A stretch of DNA of 63,617 bases, filler included, from Reclinomonas americana ATCC 50394 (lineage: Eukaryota), in assembly GCA_048213135.1 (NCBI GenBank). It is 5 parts of 3 records of this genome, joined end to end, with 100 filler letters (N's around TTAATTAATTAA, not from the genome) between each part and the next. Parts side by side here need not be neighbours in the genome. Positions count along the whole stretch, not along the records: positions 33,880 to 62,042 come from PS015159.1; positions 62,143 to 63,617 come from PS015160.1; 3 more parts are not named here. One strand, 5' to 3'. Of this stretch, positions 49,054-62,618 are shown piece after piece. The position numbers and the translations under genes are program-made. The first letter of the stretch is position 1, and each line of letters starts with the position of its first letter. The notes under the pieces are model-generated. The model was not told where the DNA came from, did no database searches, and saw only the letters and a program-made list of their open reading frames with translations.

Positions 49054-49926
49054 TCAAAAGAAGAGCACATTAGAGGTGGAGGAGTGGAGCGCTTTGGCGC
49101 CCCATCGACCGCCAATCCACGAGTAGCGGCACACGAGAGCCACCTGAATGGCGGCCAAGCACAGCGAGATCCCGTTCGGCACCACCACGAACGCGTCCTC
49201 AATCACGTACCCGTAGAACGTCCACGCAATGGCGTTGGCGAGACTGGCCACGGCCAGTGCCGACGATATCGAGTCGGCGTTCTTGGTGCGCACCACGTGT
49301 GACTGCCGCGCCTCCAAATCATCAGCATGAAGTACGATGAGAGACAACAGCGCCACGACGAAACGAGCTTGGCCAGTGGCGAGGCATTCATGGCCACAGA
49401 GGAGGCCGCACATATGAATCCCAAGTGCGTGACCGTGTGCATCGGGTTGGCCAGTGTCAAGTAGCCGAGCACGAGTACGTAGATGAGCAGAGTGCCGGCA
49501 ATGGAAACCAAAGTCGAGTCCTGCAGCAGTGAGCGACCATCTGAGCAAACGAGTGACTGGCTATGCAAACAAAGGAGAGTGAGTGGTGGTGACCTTTCGC
49601 TCGCTCCCCTGGTGATACATGTACAAGTAGGCGACACCAAGCACCATTCCACAAAAGTTGACAGTGACAATGCTCCAGTTTGGAATGAGCACGCTGCTCA
49701 GTCACAAGCAGTGAGACACTGTGTGAGAGACAGCGTTAGACAGAGAGACAGACCCATACGTCCACCACAGCCAGCACATGAGCGACGAGGCCAGCAACAC
49801 CAGAATCGGTTCTCTGTCAGTTGTGCCCTCGTGCCATCGCGTTCTTAGTGTCCGCAGTGGTGCCAGGAACACACACAGTGAGAGCACAATGCCCAGAGTG
49901 GACAGCGCCGACTCCAGCAGTGACAT
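49054..49926 (-). CDS. SWEET: SWEET (MtN3/saliva) sugar transporter
   Basis: Two MtN3 repeats: VFLAPLRTL...LWWTYG...VNFCG and MNASPLAKL..VVRTKN...WTFYGYVIEDAFVVVPNG..LAAIQ. Confidence 0.92.
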
Positions 49927-50113
49927 GTGACGAAGACGAGGACGCGACGTTGGAGTTGTCTCTCTTTCTTTCTTTCTCTGGCGACTCGTCTCGCTGCGAG
50001 CGATGGAGGCGAGTGTGAGAGACGCTCTCTTGTGCAACACTGAGCGAAGGAGGGAGAACGCCAGCACAGTGAAGGCACGCAGTTGCGTCCTGCATCGTCC
50101 TTCCATCTCAATC

Positions 50114-51140
50114 ATGCAGCGCGGGTGGTGCGAGTACGGCGACCGCGCGTGTCGCTGGGAGGAGCTACTGGAGAGAAGAGTCGTGCCGGGTGCTGGCCTC
50201 ACTGTTGCGCTCCTCTCTCTATCTCTCTCTCTCTCTCCTTCAGTCACTCATGACACTCTCTCAGAGCATTCTCGACAGCGTGGCCGCCGACGGTTCCTTC
50301 TGCACGGCCGAGTTCCTTCGTTGCGCGACCGCCAACGCAGTGCCTTGCCGCATTCTCTCCACCGAGCACACGTGGCTGCACCAGAGCACAGTCGCGCGCA
50401 AGATTGGTGGCGGACTGCGCTTGGGCGCCGGCGCTGCTGCTCCCCTCGCCTTTGTCGATGTGCTGGAGGAGACTGGTGCGAGTGGAGGCACGCTGGCACT
50501 CAAGTCGCCACTGACAGTGGAGGTCGGAGAGGCTGTGACGGCGCCTCCTCCTGTGACGCACTATCCGCTCGCGGAGGGGGGAGGAGGCGGTGCGCGTGGA
50601 CTGGTGGAGCTCATGGTGTCGCCTGTGGCGGGTGTCACTCCGCAGCTGCTCATTGTGGACTGTTTGAACACGCTGGCGCTGTTTTGGGGAGCGACAGAGG
50701 CGCTGCAGGTGGTGCACTACCTGCGCGTGTTTGCAGAGGAGGTGAGAGCGCGGGGAAGGAGACGGTGCGGTGCGGTGGGAGTGCTTGCGGCTCACATTTT
50801 GGAGCTCGTGCAGCACGGTGCTCGTCTGATTGTTCGGGCTCACGCGGATGAGGACGACGCGGAGGCGAAGCTGCTGGCGGCGTCGCTGAGACACTGGAGT
50901 CGCACAGTGCTCACAGTGCACGGACTGGAGACTGGGATCAGCAAGGACGTGCACGGACAGGTGCGAAACAACAAGCAAACAAGGAACATTCGTCTCCCAA
51001 TGCTCACTGCTCCCCCCCCCGTGCGCCAGATCACCATCGAAGAAGAGGACGAGGATCGGCGCAGTGCGTCGCTCACTCTGCACTTCAAGTGCCTCGAGCA
51101 TGGAGTGAGCTGCTTCCCACCAGGCACACTCTCAAGTTGA
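50114..51140 (+). CDS. ELP6: Elongator complex subunit 6
   Basis: GLTSILDSVAADGSF, LLIVDCLNTL, VHGLETGISKDVHGQITI and LHFKCLEHGVSCFPPG match recalled ELP6 motifs (DGSF; GLxTGxxxDVHGQL). Confidence 0.8.
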
Positions 51141-51194
51141 CATTGAATGAAAGAAGTCCTGTTGTCGCACATTCTCTTCTTTCAGCGTCCTTCG

Positions 51195-54100
51195 ATGAGC
51201 AGCGAGGTTGTGCGCTGGTGTCGCAGTCTGCTCACTCGTGCCAACACTGCCTCGCGCAGTGAGATAAGTTCCGTGTCACTCGCTCTCTTACACATCACAC
51301 AGTGATACTCATGCTCTCCGAGAACAGACGGATGGATAACCGACTTGCGCAAGCGGTTTGCACGCGCAGAGACCAGCTCGGTGCAGCACGCCATTCTCGA
51401 CACTCTGTGGAAACTCTCCCCGAATGCACGCGATGTGCTGACAAGTGCGTCGCACTCTCTCACTTGCACTTTCACATGCATGCATCAATCAGAATGACAC
51501 TGCACCTCGCACCAGTGCTCATTGAGAACGCGGGTGGCATTCATCGACGACTGTTGGGCGACATTGTGCGACACATCTTCACAATGCCGGATAGTGGGCG
51601 TGCCGATGTGCATGTGCTCTTGCGCGATCTGTGGACGTCGCGGCCGGAGATTCGAGTTGACTTGTTGCAGGCGTGCTTTGCGGTTCTCCACGGCATTCGT
51701 GATGGTGTGCTCCGTGTTTAGAATAGTGCAGGTGCTCCTTCTCCTGCTCCTGCTGCTAACGTGACGCCCGTCGTGCAGAGGCGCATGCGCAGAGTGTGCT
51801 GGCGCTGGCGAGTGAGGTGTTTCTGCCGTGCATGGTGTTTGTCGGCGAGAATGTGTCGGCCGACGCGGCCACTGCCAGTGCAACGGCAGTGGTGCGCGGC
51901 GAGTTCTGGGCGCAAGCACGAGAGTTGATGTTGCGCGCAGACTCCTCGCCGGCAGCGCTGACGGCGCTGAGTCGTCTCCTGCAACGCGCATTCTCGCCGT
52001 TTGTGTCAGTGCGTCGTGCCGTGTCCGTACCGTTGTGTTCTTTCCCCTTGTTGCCTGACGCGCGGCACTCTTCTGCGTAGTCGATCCGCTTGTCGCCCGT
52101 GTTGCGTGGGGAGTGGCCGACGGTGGCAGCAGAGAGCCTGCATGATGCGGCGTTCCGCGCCCTGTCGCACAGTCGGCACGCTTCGCCGCTGCTTGTGCAA
52201 GCTGTGCTGCAGCGCATCGTGACGGCGGTGCGAGTTGCGGAGAACGGAGCGGCACGCGAGGCAGTGGAGGTGGAGAACCACGTCCACCACTTGCGAGAGG
52301 TTTGGCACTCCGTTGCCTGAAGGTGGATTCGAGCGCACTGATGTCGCTCTGTGTGTAGCTCTTGGCGCACAGCACGACATGGCGCACCTGCCACGTCACG
52401 TTGTGTGCTCTGCTCGTGCACCTGCCGTACCTGGTGTTGCTCAGTGGCGGGGAGGACTCGGATCTGTGGCCGCCACTGCTTGACTTGTATGGCGTTGTGT
52501 TGCGGCATGCGGTGGACGTGCGCTCGGCCGTGGCGACTGCAGCTTTGGCCTGTGGCGAGCTGGCGCTGGTGTATGCGGCGTCGGCAGCGCAGCAGCTGTT
52601 GAGCGCAGACACGGCGGCGGCGGTGACCACGCGATGTGCGGAGATGTTGCAGATTGCCCGAAAGTCAATTGCAGCCGAGGAGTCCTCTGTCGACGGCGAG
52701 CAGTCGTCTCCGCCGTCTGTCGATGGCGACTTGCTTCCCGTGTTGCAGCCGCTGACGCATCTAGTTGTGTACACGCTGGCCCCGCTGTTTTCCCCGACTG
52801 CGGAGGAGGCGGTGGTGACCGACACTGTCGCCACGCTGTTGCGTGCGTTGGTGACACACGAGACGACCAATTCTGGCGTTCAGCGACAGGTTTGCGCCTC
52901 TGTTGAACTGCCCGCCATGCGCCACATCCTGCTAACACATGTGTTTTATGTGCAGGGCAAGATTGCCGAGCGCGGCCTCATTCTGAGTGCACTCACCAGC
53001 CACCCACGCAATGCACGAGTTCGACTGCTGGCAGCACGGGCGTTGGTTGACTTTCACCAGCAGTGGGTGGCGCAGGTACATGTCGAAAGCAGACAGTGGT
53101 TTTTATTGGGTGACGCTGACAGTGCGTGCAATCAATGTCGCTGTAGCACGTACGCGGACAATGGATCGACTGGATGATGCCGCTGCTCGTCTCGCTGTTG
53201 TCGTTTATCAGCAGCGACACAGCAAGCACCACGGCCGAGGATGCGCAGAGTGTGCTTGAGCTGGTGTATGCGTTGCCGAGTATGCACCCGAGCAACTTCC
53301 ACGTGCAGGCGCGCGAGACGGAGAAGCACACAGTGTTCGTTTGCGCTGCTGCCGCACGACCTGCCAGTGTTGTCGTGTGAGGCTGAACAGTACTGCATGA
53401 CGTGTGTACAGGGCTGCCGTGTTGCGCGTCATCAATGCATTGTTGAAGGCCGAGGGAATGCGGGCCGTCGGACTGCGTGCGTACTGCCGACTGGCCATTG
53501 CAAATCCGCCTTATCTCGGTCGGTTGAACAGCGCAGTGACCAGCGCGTGGGATGGTTCGACTCTTGTTGCCTAATCTCTCTCACTTTCTGCTTTCTTACT
53601 CATCGCACGACTCACATTCTCAACAGAGGCCGGAAGCAGCAACGAAGACCTGCGTGTGGCCGTCTGCATGTGCATGACCGATGTGGTGCGCAGTCCCGCC
53701 GTGTCGGACTCTGCCTCGCAGGACTACGTGCCGTTGCTGTCGCGTGTTGTTTCCTGGGCCTGCGCGGCAGTGACGGACGACGCCGACAGCATTGCGGAGC
53801 GTGGTGTGTAACTCTGTGGACGGCGATCGCGACTCACTTGTTGCATGCATCTCACTGTCTCGCTGTCGCACAGGAGCGGTGTGGGATGGCGCCGAGTCGT
53901 CGCTGCAATCCAGTGAGCGCATTTTGCGTGCGGCACTCAACTGCTTCCGCGCGTTCCTCGAGGTGGGCGTGCTCGATTATGCCTCGGCGTGGGCCGCCAT
54001 GCGAGGGCCTGTGCTGGAGTTGCGCGCGCGCACACGCACATCGCATTCTCTTTTTGGGTTCTCGCTGCTCACTCCGCCACACGTTTCAGAGTGTGTACAT

Positions 54101-57100
54101 TCAGCTCGCCAGTGGCACAGGCAACATGCGCGGTGTTGGCGCTGGCACTGTTGACTGAGGGCGCTGACGACGACGATGATGGCGATGATGACGATATGGG
54201 TCCTGGACGGAACAAGCCACTGAAGCACCCGGGCGATGGTGATGACGGCGACGAGGATGACGAGGAGCAAGAGGAGGGGGCAAAGAGAGGCGGCGACGGT
54301 GACGAGGACGAGGAGGAACCCGTGTCACACATTTTCGAGGCGATCGACTCTGCATGGCAAATCGCCGGCGACCCGTCACCTGTGTTGCGTGCGCACGAGT
54401 GAGTGCACATATTGCGTGCCTTGTCAGTACTTACCGGGAGTGCGTATGCAGAGTGCGGCAGACGGCCTACAGCACCCTTCTGGCCTTTGGTGTGGATCGC
54501 CTGATTGCACGCCAGCGGGCCACCATGCGCCTCGACGATGAGCCACCGGCTGTCGACCCAGACGCAGCGCCGCCGACAGCATCTGCACCGCGCGGCGGTG
54601 GCAGTGGCAGTGGTAGTGCTGCTACCAATGCTGAGGATGCTGAAAAGCAGGCACAGGAAGCCTGTTGCGTTGAGGGAGGAGGAGTGCTTTGGGGGGCCGG
54701 ATGCTTGTTGCTCACTGGTGATGCACAGTGGACATTTTCGAGGAGAAGCGACGCAATCAAGTGGCGTATGCAGCCTTGTGTACCGAACAGCTGAAGCCGA
54801 TTTTTGATTTCGAGGTGTGTGCAAGTGCTGTTGTTGGTATACTACCATCATTCACATGTCGCGTTGTGACGTATGGCTGTCATGCAGTCGGAGCGCATGG
54901 ATGCTGGCGACGGCAGCATGTCGTGCTTTGAGCAGACGCAGCGTCTGCTTGCAGAGTTTTTGTCGCAGGAGCTCGCCGACATGTGGCAATCCAAGGATCA
55001 CGGAACACTGCGCAGCGGCGGTGCGCAGGCGTCGCGTGGAGGCCGGCGAAAAGGTGTCGAGAGCAGCAAAGGTCAGCAGCCGCTGGACGCGGTGGTGCGC
55101 GCACTGTCGGCGGCAGAGGATGCTGTGGACGTGTACATGCAGCCGCAAAGTGGTGGTGCATCGAGTGGTGGACTTGCGGTACTCTTTGCGTACGCCGCCG
55201 AGTTTCGCGCAAACATGGCCGAGGCAAATGCGGCCTCGATCACGGTATGTGTGTTTTTGTTGTGGGTTCTGGTGCAATGGGAATGCAGAGCTCAGTCTGT
55301 GGCAGTGGAACACAAGCAGCCTGGACCACTTGTTCGCGACTCTGCTGGCCGACGTCGCTGTGGCATCGGTGGCGCTTTCCGACTGGACGCTTCAGCTGTA
55401 CGCCGCTCCGGCGTGGAATACCTTTGTTCGTGAGGTACGTGTAGACGTTCTTTCGATCTCTTCCTTTGTTGTTGCATCGTAACCATGGTCGCGCAGTACT
55501 GTCGCCTGCGAGTGCGCGTGCACATGCGTGACGGCGGACTGGGTGAGTCGGCAGCGTGGATTGATGCGGCGGCGGCGGTGCATCGCATTGGCGTGGACGT
55601 GCACGCAAGTGGGGAGATGAATGCCTCGAATGGACTGCTGGCAGTCGGCAGCTTGTTCCTGGCTGTGCCGGCCATGAGCGGCGTCGACTTGCGCTCGGTG
55701 CGACGCTCGCTCATGGCACTGGCGCCGCAAGTGACCGGCGAAGCATCGGTGCACTCACTGTGCTTGGCGCTGGCCTTGGCGGCTGATACGGGCGATGCGC
55801 GTGAGGTATTGCAGTCCTCGCAGTTATTCGCAGCGGTCCGCGCTGACAGTGGTGGTGGCAGGTGGAAGACATTGTGCACGTGTTGGAGAGCCGCATGGAG
55901 CAAGCGTTTGGAGCGGGTCTCGGACTCGGCCTGATTGCGCACGCCGTGGCCAGCGGCCGCAGTGGTTTGTGTGCCTGCTTGCGAGTGCGACACACGGCGA
56001 TGAACTCAATTCACACGTGTGTGCTCCGTCAGCCAACTTTGGTGCTCAACTCGGTGACCAGCGAGCGCGTGCTGCGCTGGCGACAGACATTTTCGAGAGG
56101 CTGCAGAGGCACGCCAGCCAGCTGCGCGGTTCAGGTGCGATGCACACCTTTGTGGTGTAACGACCCTTGCCCGCCTCACGTCCTCGTGTGTGTTGGGTAC
56201 AGCTCTGCAAGCTCGCGACCACCTGGCCTCCTCACTCGCGCCACTCGGAGCACACTTGGGCACCGCATTTGCCAGCTTGGCGCAGCCAGCAGCCAAGCAA
56301 GAAGCTCTTCTGAAAGTACTGACGCAGGCGGCGGTATCGGTTTCCGAGTCACGTGCGTGCTCCTCCTGCCCGGCTGGCTGAGCCTTCTTCGTGCTGACTC
56401 TTTTTTTGCTATGTGCAGTGAATGGACCGCCCATGTCGGCGCAGATGGTTGATGCCGCGGCCGCAGTGCTGCTATCCACCGCCCTTGTGCTGTACAATAT
56501 GCACAGCAAGGCAGCCTCGGCCGTGAAGCAGACTGGACCATTGGCCAAGCTGTTTCGTATGGAGTGAGACACTCATTTGCCATTTCGTAGTCGCGTCTCA
56601 CAATGATGTTTCAGGCTGTGGCTGGTGTGCACGCGTGACGGATGGACCGTGGATACGTCGCCGGTACTGCAGGCTGCGCTGGTCGGATCGGCGTTGGTCT
56701 TGCGCGTTGGCTTGCGTGATCGGTACATGGTTGTGTGTTGCGTCGTGATTTGTTGGCAGCTGCGATTGACTGGTTTCTTTGCTGTAGCATCCTGCTGGAG
56801 GGTGTGCCGACAGCGGCTCAGTTTGTCGACCATGTGATGCACCTGGCCTCTACCACTCCACTTGCCAAGATTCGACTGGGCTCTCTGCTGGCGTGCGTCA
56901 CCCATTTCTACATGACTGTCCTGTTGTCTCCAACTCACCCACCGTCGACGTTGCAGATGCCTCACTGTGTGCGATGGCGAGCTGTTGTCACCCGAGTTCC
57001 ACTTGGATCACGTGACGCCTCCACCACCGTCAGTGGCACGCAGCGAGGCCACACTGTGGCAGAACCGGCAGTTTGGCACGGTGCGGCTGCACTTTTCATG

Positions 57101-59727
57101 ATGCGACCCTTCTGCCCTGCTCTCACAAATTGCCACCTGCAGTTGCTGGAGAGAGCAGTCGCCTGCGTCGGTCGCGCCATTCAGCAGGATCCGCGGAGTG
57201 CCGGCGTTGCGGCCACGCTGCTCGCACTGCTGGTTGCTTCCGATCGCCTGCGAACAGCAACAGCCAATCGCACCGGCGGCTCCAATTCGTCTCCCACCAA
57301 GATTGTGCTACACGTTGCGTCGCGCGCACGTCTCTCATGGAGCGTTCTCTTCCATTCACTCATGTTAATCGGCTCTTGCACAGGACTTCCCCGAAGCGTG
57401 CCTGGCGCAGCACTTGTTGCCACTGATTTTGCAACCCATCAGTGCCGCCGAGGAGAGTTCATGCCGAGGTAAGCTGATTCGTTCATCCAGTGCGGGTATG
57501 CTTGCACTTGATTGACTTACGGCGAAATTCACTTGATGACAGCTGCGGTCGCCGCTGCTGTCAGCGTGGTCTCGCTCCTGCCTCGAGAGATGCCGTTTGC
57601 GCTGAGTGGAATCACAGTTCCCGGCATCATGGCTCCCCTACTGTCGCGACGCGCAGTCGCCAGCCACGAGGATACGCTGGCGAGTGCGGCACTCGCCGCG
57701 TGTGTGGGTATCGCCTGTGCAGAGTTGCGGGCCCGTGAGACCGACGCCTGCACGTTTGAGGTGCTGCAGGCCATGGTGTTTGAGCAGCTGCCGAGTGTGG
57801 CGCGTGTGCGCTTGCTCGAGGCACTGCCGAGCATCCTCTCGGTGTTGTCACCCGATGTCATTCGACACCACGTGCCCTCCCTGCTGGTGCTTCCGTTTAC
57901 GGCCGAGTTGCGTGTCTTCATGTTTCTTTCCAATGCCCGGCAGTGTGGGTGCGGACAACTGACCTGCCGTCACGCAGCACAAATGAGGCTGTTCGCGAAG
58001 CCGATGTGGCGGCCTTGGAGAAACTGGTGGCCATGCTCACTGGCCGTCAGCTCAATGTCGCACTCTCGCAGAGCATTGGCGGCAGTCGTGTGGCACCACT
58101 CGACGCATCGGTGGCTGCTGCCGTGCGCGACGACATTGGCAACGCAGCTGTGCAAGCGCTGCTGGCTTTTGACACTGTGCAGCAGCCGCAGTCTGTGCGA
58201 GGTGCGATGCGTATGAATTCCACTTTGTGTGTATTGTGTGTGGGAGTGCTGACGGTGCGCGTGTGCACAGAGCTGGAGGCGAGCACGGCGACCAATCACC
58301 ACTTTTACCGCGTCAGTTCGGTGGTGGCCCGACTCAAGCCGACATTTATCACGCATCAGGAAGGAGGTTGCGCTTGCTGTGTCGTCTGCAGCATGTTTCA
58401 CGCGTCTGCCCGCTAAAATCGATGCGCGCGCACAGACGATGCGTCGGGATCGGAGCACGCCTTTGCTGCCGGGTGCTGTGCAGTCATGGCTGGTGAATGT
58501 GAATTCGGCGCACTGCGCGAGCTGCGAGGCGCACTCTTCCAGTTGCGCCACTCGTGCTCCGCATCCTTGTTTCACGCATCGTCGACTGACACGGCCTGAC
58601 TCCGCCGCAGGGGCCACTTTGAGAAGCTGGACGTGTTTTCGCGCGTTCATCTGTTTGCGTCGGCGTTTTGCAACGCCGCGGCCGACGCGAGCACCAAGTG
58701 GAAGTTGAGTCGTGCCGGCGTCAGTGTGTCGTTTGTGGGTGTGTTGCGTGCTGACGATGCTGTCTAAAGGCTGCTGAACGAGATGTTGGACGTGGTGCCG
58801 ATGCAACCGTCGCTGTGGCCGCAAGCAGCCGAGGTGACCTTGGCTTGTGTGGCGCTCGGCTCATCACCGCTTCTGTACTGGAGAATGATGGCGTCGGAGG
58901 TTGGAGTCAGCAGTCGGTGGCACTGGTCACTGGAACGAGGTGAGCTCGTCACGAGTCTTTGAACGATCTCTTGTGCTGTCCACTTACTGCTCTCCACCCA
59001 ATCCCTCGTGTAGCACGTCGCTCACTGATGGTGGTTGTGAATGAGACCGCCCGCACGCCGGTGCTGACGCGAAACCGGCGCCCCGATCCAGCATCCGTCT
59101 CCACCTCCATGCATGCGCTGTTCGGGAGGATGGTGGCGCTGTTTGACAGATGCAGCGCAGCAGAGGGTACGCCGAATGCGTTGCTGATTGAATGGCTTGG
59201 AAGGGCTTGTTTCTCACCACAAGGAAGCGCAGACCGCACTCCCTCGCAGGTGCACACGTGGTACGCGGCTGCGGCGGAGTTGCTGGCCGCTTCGCGGCAC
59301 GTGCAGGACCCACAGATGCAAGAAGGTGCGATTGGAGAGCGTGCTTTGACGCCCTGCTGCTCGCTCGTTGATGACACATTGTGTGTGTGCACAGGTGGTG
59401 TGGGTGTTGACGATGAGCTAGAGGTGGCGCTGGATCAGTACATGACAGAGGACGAAAGGAGGGCCGAAGCACGCCGTTTGCGCAACCAACGAGGTACGTA
59501 AGCGGGAGTGATTTGTGCTGAACTGCGGTACGTCGCTCACTGTTGGTGACAGAACTCGTGAATCGAATGGGTCTCTCCGACATTGTGTCGCCGACAGATG
59601 TTGCGTTTTTTCCCCTTGAAGCATGGGCGCATCGCACGGCAACGCTCATCACGGTGCAACACAGAGTCCACTGGAGCGCGCCATTCAGGGCTGGAAGACG
59701 CTGCTGTATCAGTCGTGTACTGACTAA
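51195..59727 (+). CDS. FOCAD: Focadhesin/RST1-like large ARM-repeat protein (about 30 exons)
   Basis: Continuous in-frame splicing over 8.5 kb. LVYALPSM, AVGLRAYCRLA, LRVAVCMCMTDVVR..DYVPLLSRV and ALNCFRAFLEVGVLDYASAWAAM resemble the recalled DUF3730 region. Ends AIQGWKTLLYQSCTD*. Confidence 0.65.
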
Positions 59728-59838
59728 AAAGAATTGGAACAACTTGATAGAATGTTGCATAATGTTACACAAGGCAGGAGAGGAGGAGAGTGAGCAAGTC
59801 ACACTGCGCAAAAACAGTCGTCTCGCACATCCGGTCCA

Positions 59839-61442
59839 TCATAGGCTGTGCGTCGCCCCCATGGCGCTTGGAGGCGCGCTGACTTGGCGAACGAGTCGAG
59901 GTCCCGAGATCCCACCGTCTTGTGGTGCTGCTGGCCGTTGTTGACTCGTTGGTGTGCCGACCGACATGGTGTCGTCCGTGTACGGTGACGACGACGATTC
60001 GCCACCCATCGACATGGATGCACCGTGATGGCTCCGGTGCCCCGGCGACTCCACGTATGCCCCCGGCCGTGCCTTGGCCTGCGACAACGCATCAGGCGAC
60101 ACTGCCGCCCAACAAGCGAAAACAGGAGAAGGAGTGACTGACCTGCTCCAGTGATTGCCTGTACTCCTGCAAGAACGGTTTCAGCGCTTGCATGGCCTCG
60201 TGGCCCTTCTCCAACATCTCCGAGATGCCCTCGCACAGGTGCACACTTCCCTCCAGGTACTCAAAGTCGCGCTTGTACAGCAGATAGTTCATCTGCTTCA
60301 TGATTGATTTCTCGCAATCCCGCATCAGCTCCTCCTTCATGCGCAGTTTTTGTGTTTTCTGGACGAGCAGGTGAGGAAGAGAGAACAGAAAACAAAGAGT
60401 GAGTGGGCGGCTGGAGAGAGCGTACCCGCTGCATTTTCTCGGCTTTGGGTGTGGCCAAGGCCTGGTGCTTCTCCAGCGCTCGCAATGCGTGCGAGTACTC
60501 CAGTCGCGTGCTTCGATACCGCCGTCGTTGTTCCTGGATCGCAGAGTGAGAGTGGGGAACAGAGGGAGGAGCAGAGGGAGAGAGACAGAAACCTTGATGC
60601 TCTTGAGTTCCTCCAGCAGCGCCATCGCAGGTCCAATAAAATGATCCGCCGTGCGCAAGTACATGGCCTGCTGACTGAGGAAGACCGTGTGGAGGCCCTC
60701 ACCGATGCGGGTCAGCGCACCGCCTGCAACAAAAAGGTGAATGGTCTCGTGCAAAGAAGCAGCAGCGACGCCAGCCACGCCACTCACCGAGTGCCGACTC
60801 CTGGTGATCGATACCAAAGTCGCGCATGGAGCACGCCAAGGCCTCTCCACAGTTGCCGAATGCTGCATGGAAGAATATAAGCAAGGAAGCGACCAGATGA
60901 ATCGTCACTTGTCTGTCGGAACAGGAGGAGGCAACCACAGCTGCGCTGTGTGCCCCGCTCCTCGCAGCCACGAAAGAATCGTCTCGTTTGCAGTGTCCGT
61001 TTTCGTTCTCCGAAGCCTCTCTCCTTCCTCTTCTTCTCTTCCTTCTCCTCCATCTCCTCCTTCTCTCTCGCTCTCACCCACCCACCCACACACCTTGACT
61101 CGCTTGACACATCAATCTGCCACACTTGACCACATCCTCATAGTGCTGAATGGCCTCCTTCACCGCCTTCTTCAGCTGCGAATACGCCTCGGGGACGGGA
61201 GCCGGGTCGGCGCCAACAAGCTTCTCACGGAATCGCTGAGAGCCACAAGCAAGAGAGAGAGAAACAGAGATTCAGTGCTCGGAGATTCGAGTGTGATGCG
61301 ACGATGATGTGTGCGTGTGTGTGCTCGTGTGTGTGTGTGCTTGTGTGCGTATGTGTGCGCGTAGGTGCGTGTGTGTGCATGTGTGTGAAAGAGAAGAAAG
61401 GTGTCATGATCATGCAAATACCTGCTTGAATCGAGTGAACAT
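59839..61442 (-). CDS. N-BAR domain protein (endophilin/GVP36-like)
   Basis: MFTRFKQ|RFREKLVGADP amphipathic start, then ESALGGALTRIGEG, HFIGPAMALLEELKSIKEQRRRYRSTRLEY, and a disordered tail. Confidence 0.75.
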
Positions 61443-61603
61443 GATGGATGGAGAACTTGGTGTGTGTGTGTGTGTGTATGTGTTGTCTCAATCGCACAGA
61501 GTATGACACAGTGGCAAGACACGCTGTGCTCCAAGAAGGGCGGGAGATATGAGACGACTTGCCAAATTTGGTCTAGTGAGTGAATCGACCAACAGAGCAC
61601 ATA

Positions 61604-62009
61604 ATGATGGGGTTCGCGGAGGGTTCCTCCTCTGCTGTTGTTGCCATGGCCGACCCTCCGCCTGCCGCCGATGAGTCAGTGATCATTGTCGACGAGGTGC
61701 TTGTTGTGCGTGGTGGTGGCGAGGAGGAGGAAGAAGAGCGATTTGTGTTTCGCGTGGTGAGTGAGGTGCGGCGAGAGGCTGCTGCTGGAGGAGGAGTGCC
61801 ACAGGCGGCGCGGTTGTGGCGGGAGAATGTGGCGGAGGAGTCGCATGTGTTGGCGGAGGAGTATGTGTGTCCAGTGTGTCAGGTGCGACTCGAGGGAGGC
61901 TGCAGGAGGACGGAGCGGTGTGTTCATGTGTGTGTGTGTCGTGCTGCTGTGCAGGATCTGTGCGACTGGGATATGGTGTTATGTTCCAGCGAGTTGCATC
62001 ATGTGTGTC
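61604..62009 (+). CDS. RING-finger protein, 5' fragment
   Basis: EEYVCPVCQ|DLCDWDMVLCSSELHHVCR (C-x2-C...C..H..C), then a GTGAGT donor and the contig end. Confidence 0.6.
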
Positions 62010-62142
62010 GGTGAGTGGCATAACTCTTCTCTCTCTCTCTCTNNNNNNNNNNNNNNNNNNNNNNNNNNNNNNNNNNNNNNNNNNNNTTAATTAATTAANN
62101 NNNNNNNNNNNNNNNNNNNNNNNNNNNNNNNNNNNNNNNNNN

Positions 62143-62618
62143 CCGTCGGCCTCGGCCAGGGCTCGCAGGGCACCGCCAACAACAACATTGGCACGCCGAC
62201 TCAGGGCGCTCTGACCCAGACGGGCCAGGCTGCCGCTCCGGCCGCCCCGACTCAGGGCACCAACACCAACACCTCGGTCACCGTCAACTTCTCGACCCCG
62301 ATCTACACTGGTCTCGGCCTGATCACCAGCTACCAGATCCAGACGTTCCCGGAGAACGGCGGCAACGTCATCTTCGGCTACAAGAACGCCACCGACTCGA
62401 CGTCGTCGTCGCGCGCCAACTACACGTTCACTCAGTCGAACCTGCAGCCGGGCACGCCGTACGTTGTGAACGTGCGCGCCGTCAACTCGTTCGGCCAGTC
62501 GATCCCGTCGGCCAACCTGCGTGTGTCGACGACTGGTGGTGCCGGTTTCGCCGCGACCTCGTCGCTGTGGACTGTGGTGCTGATGGCCATTGCCGCGCTG
62601 CTGGCGTTCGCCTTCTAA
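62143..62618 (+). CDS. 3' end of a fibronectin type III surface protein with a GPI-anchor-like signal
   Basis: Not in the ORF track. Reads SVTVNFSTP..ITSYQI..YTFTQSNLQPGTPYVVNVRAVNSFGQSIPS, then STTGGAG and a hydrophobic C-terminus ending LLAFAF*. Confidence 0.85.
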
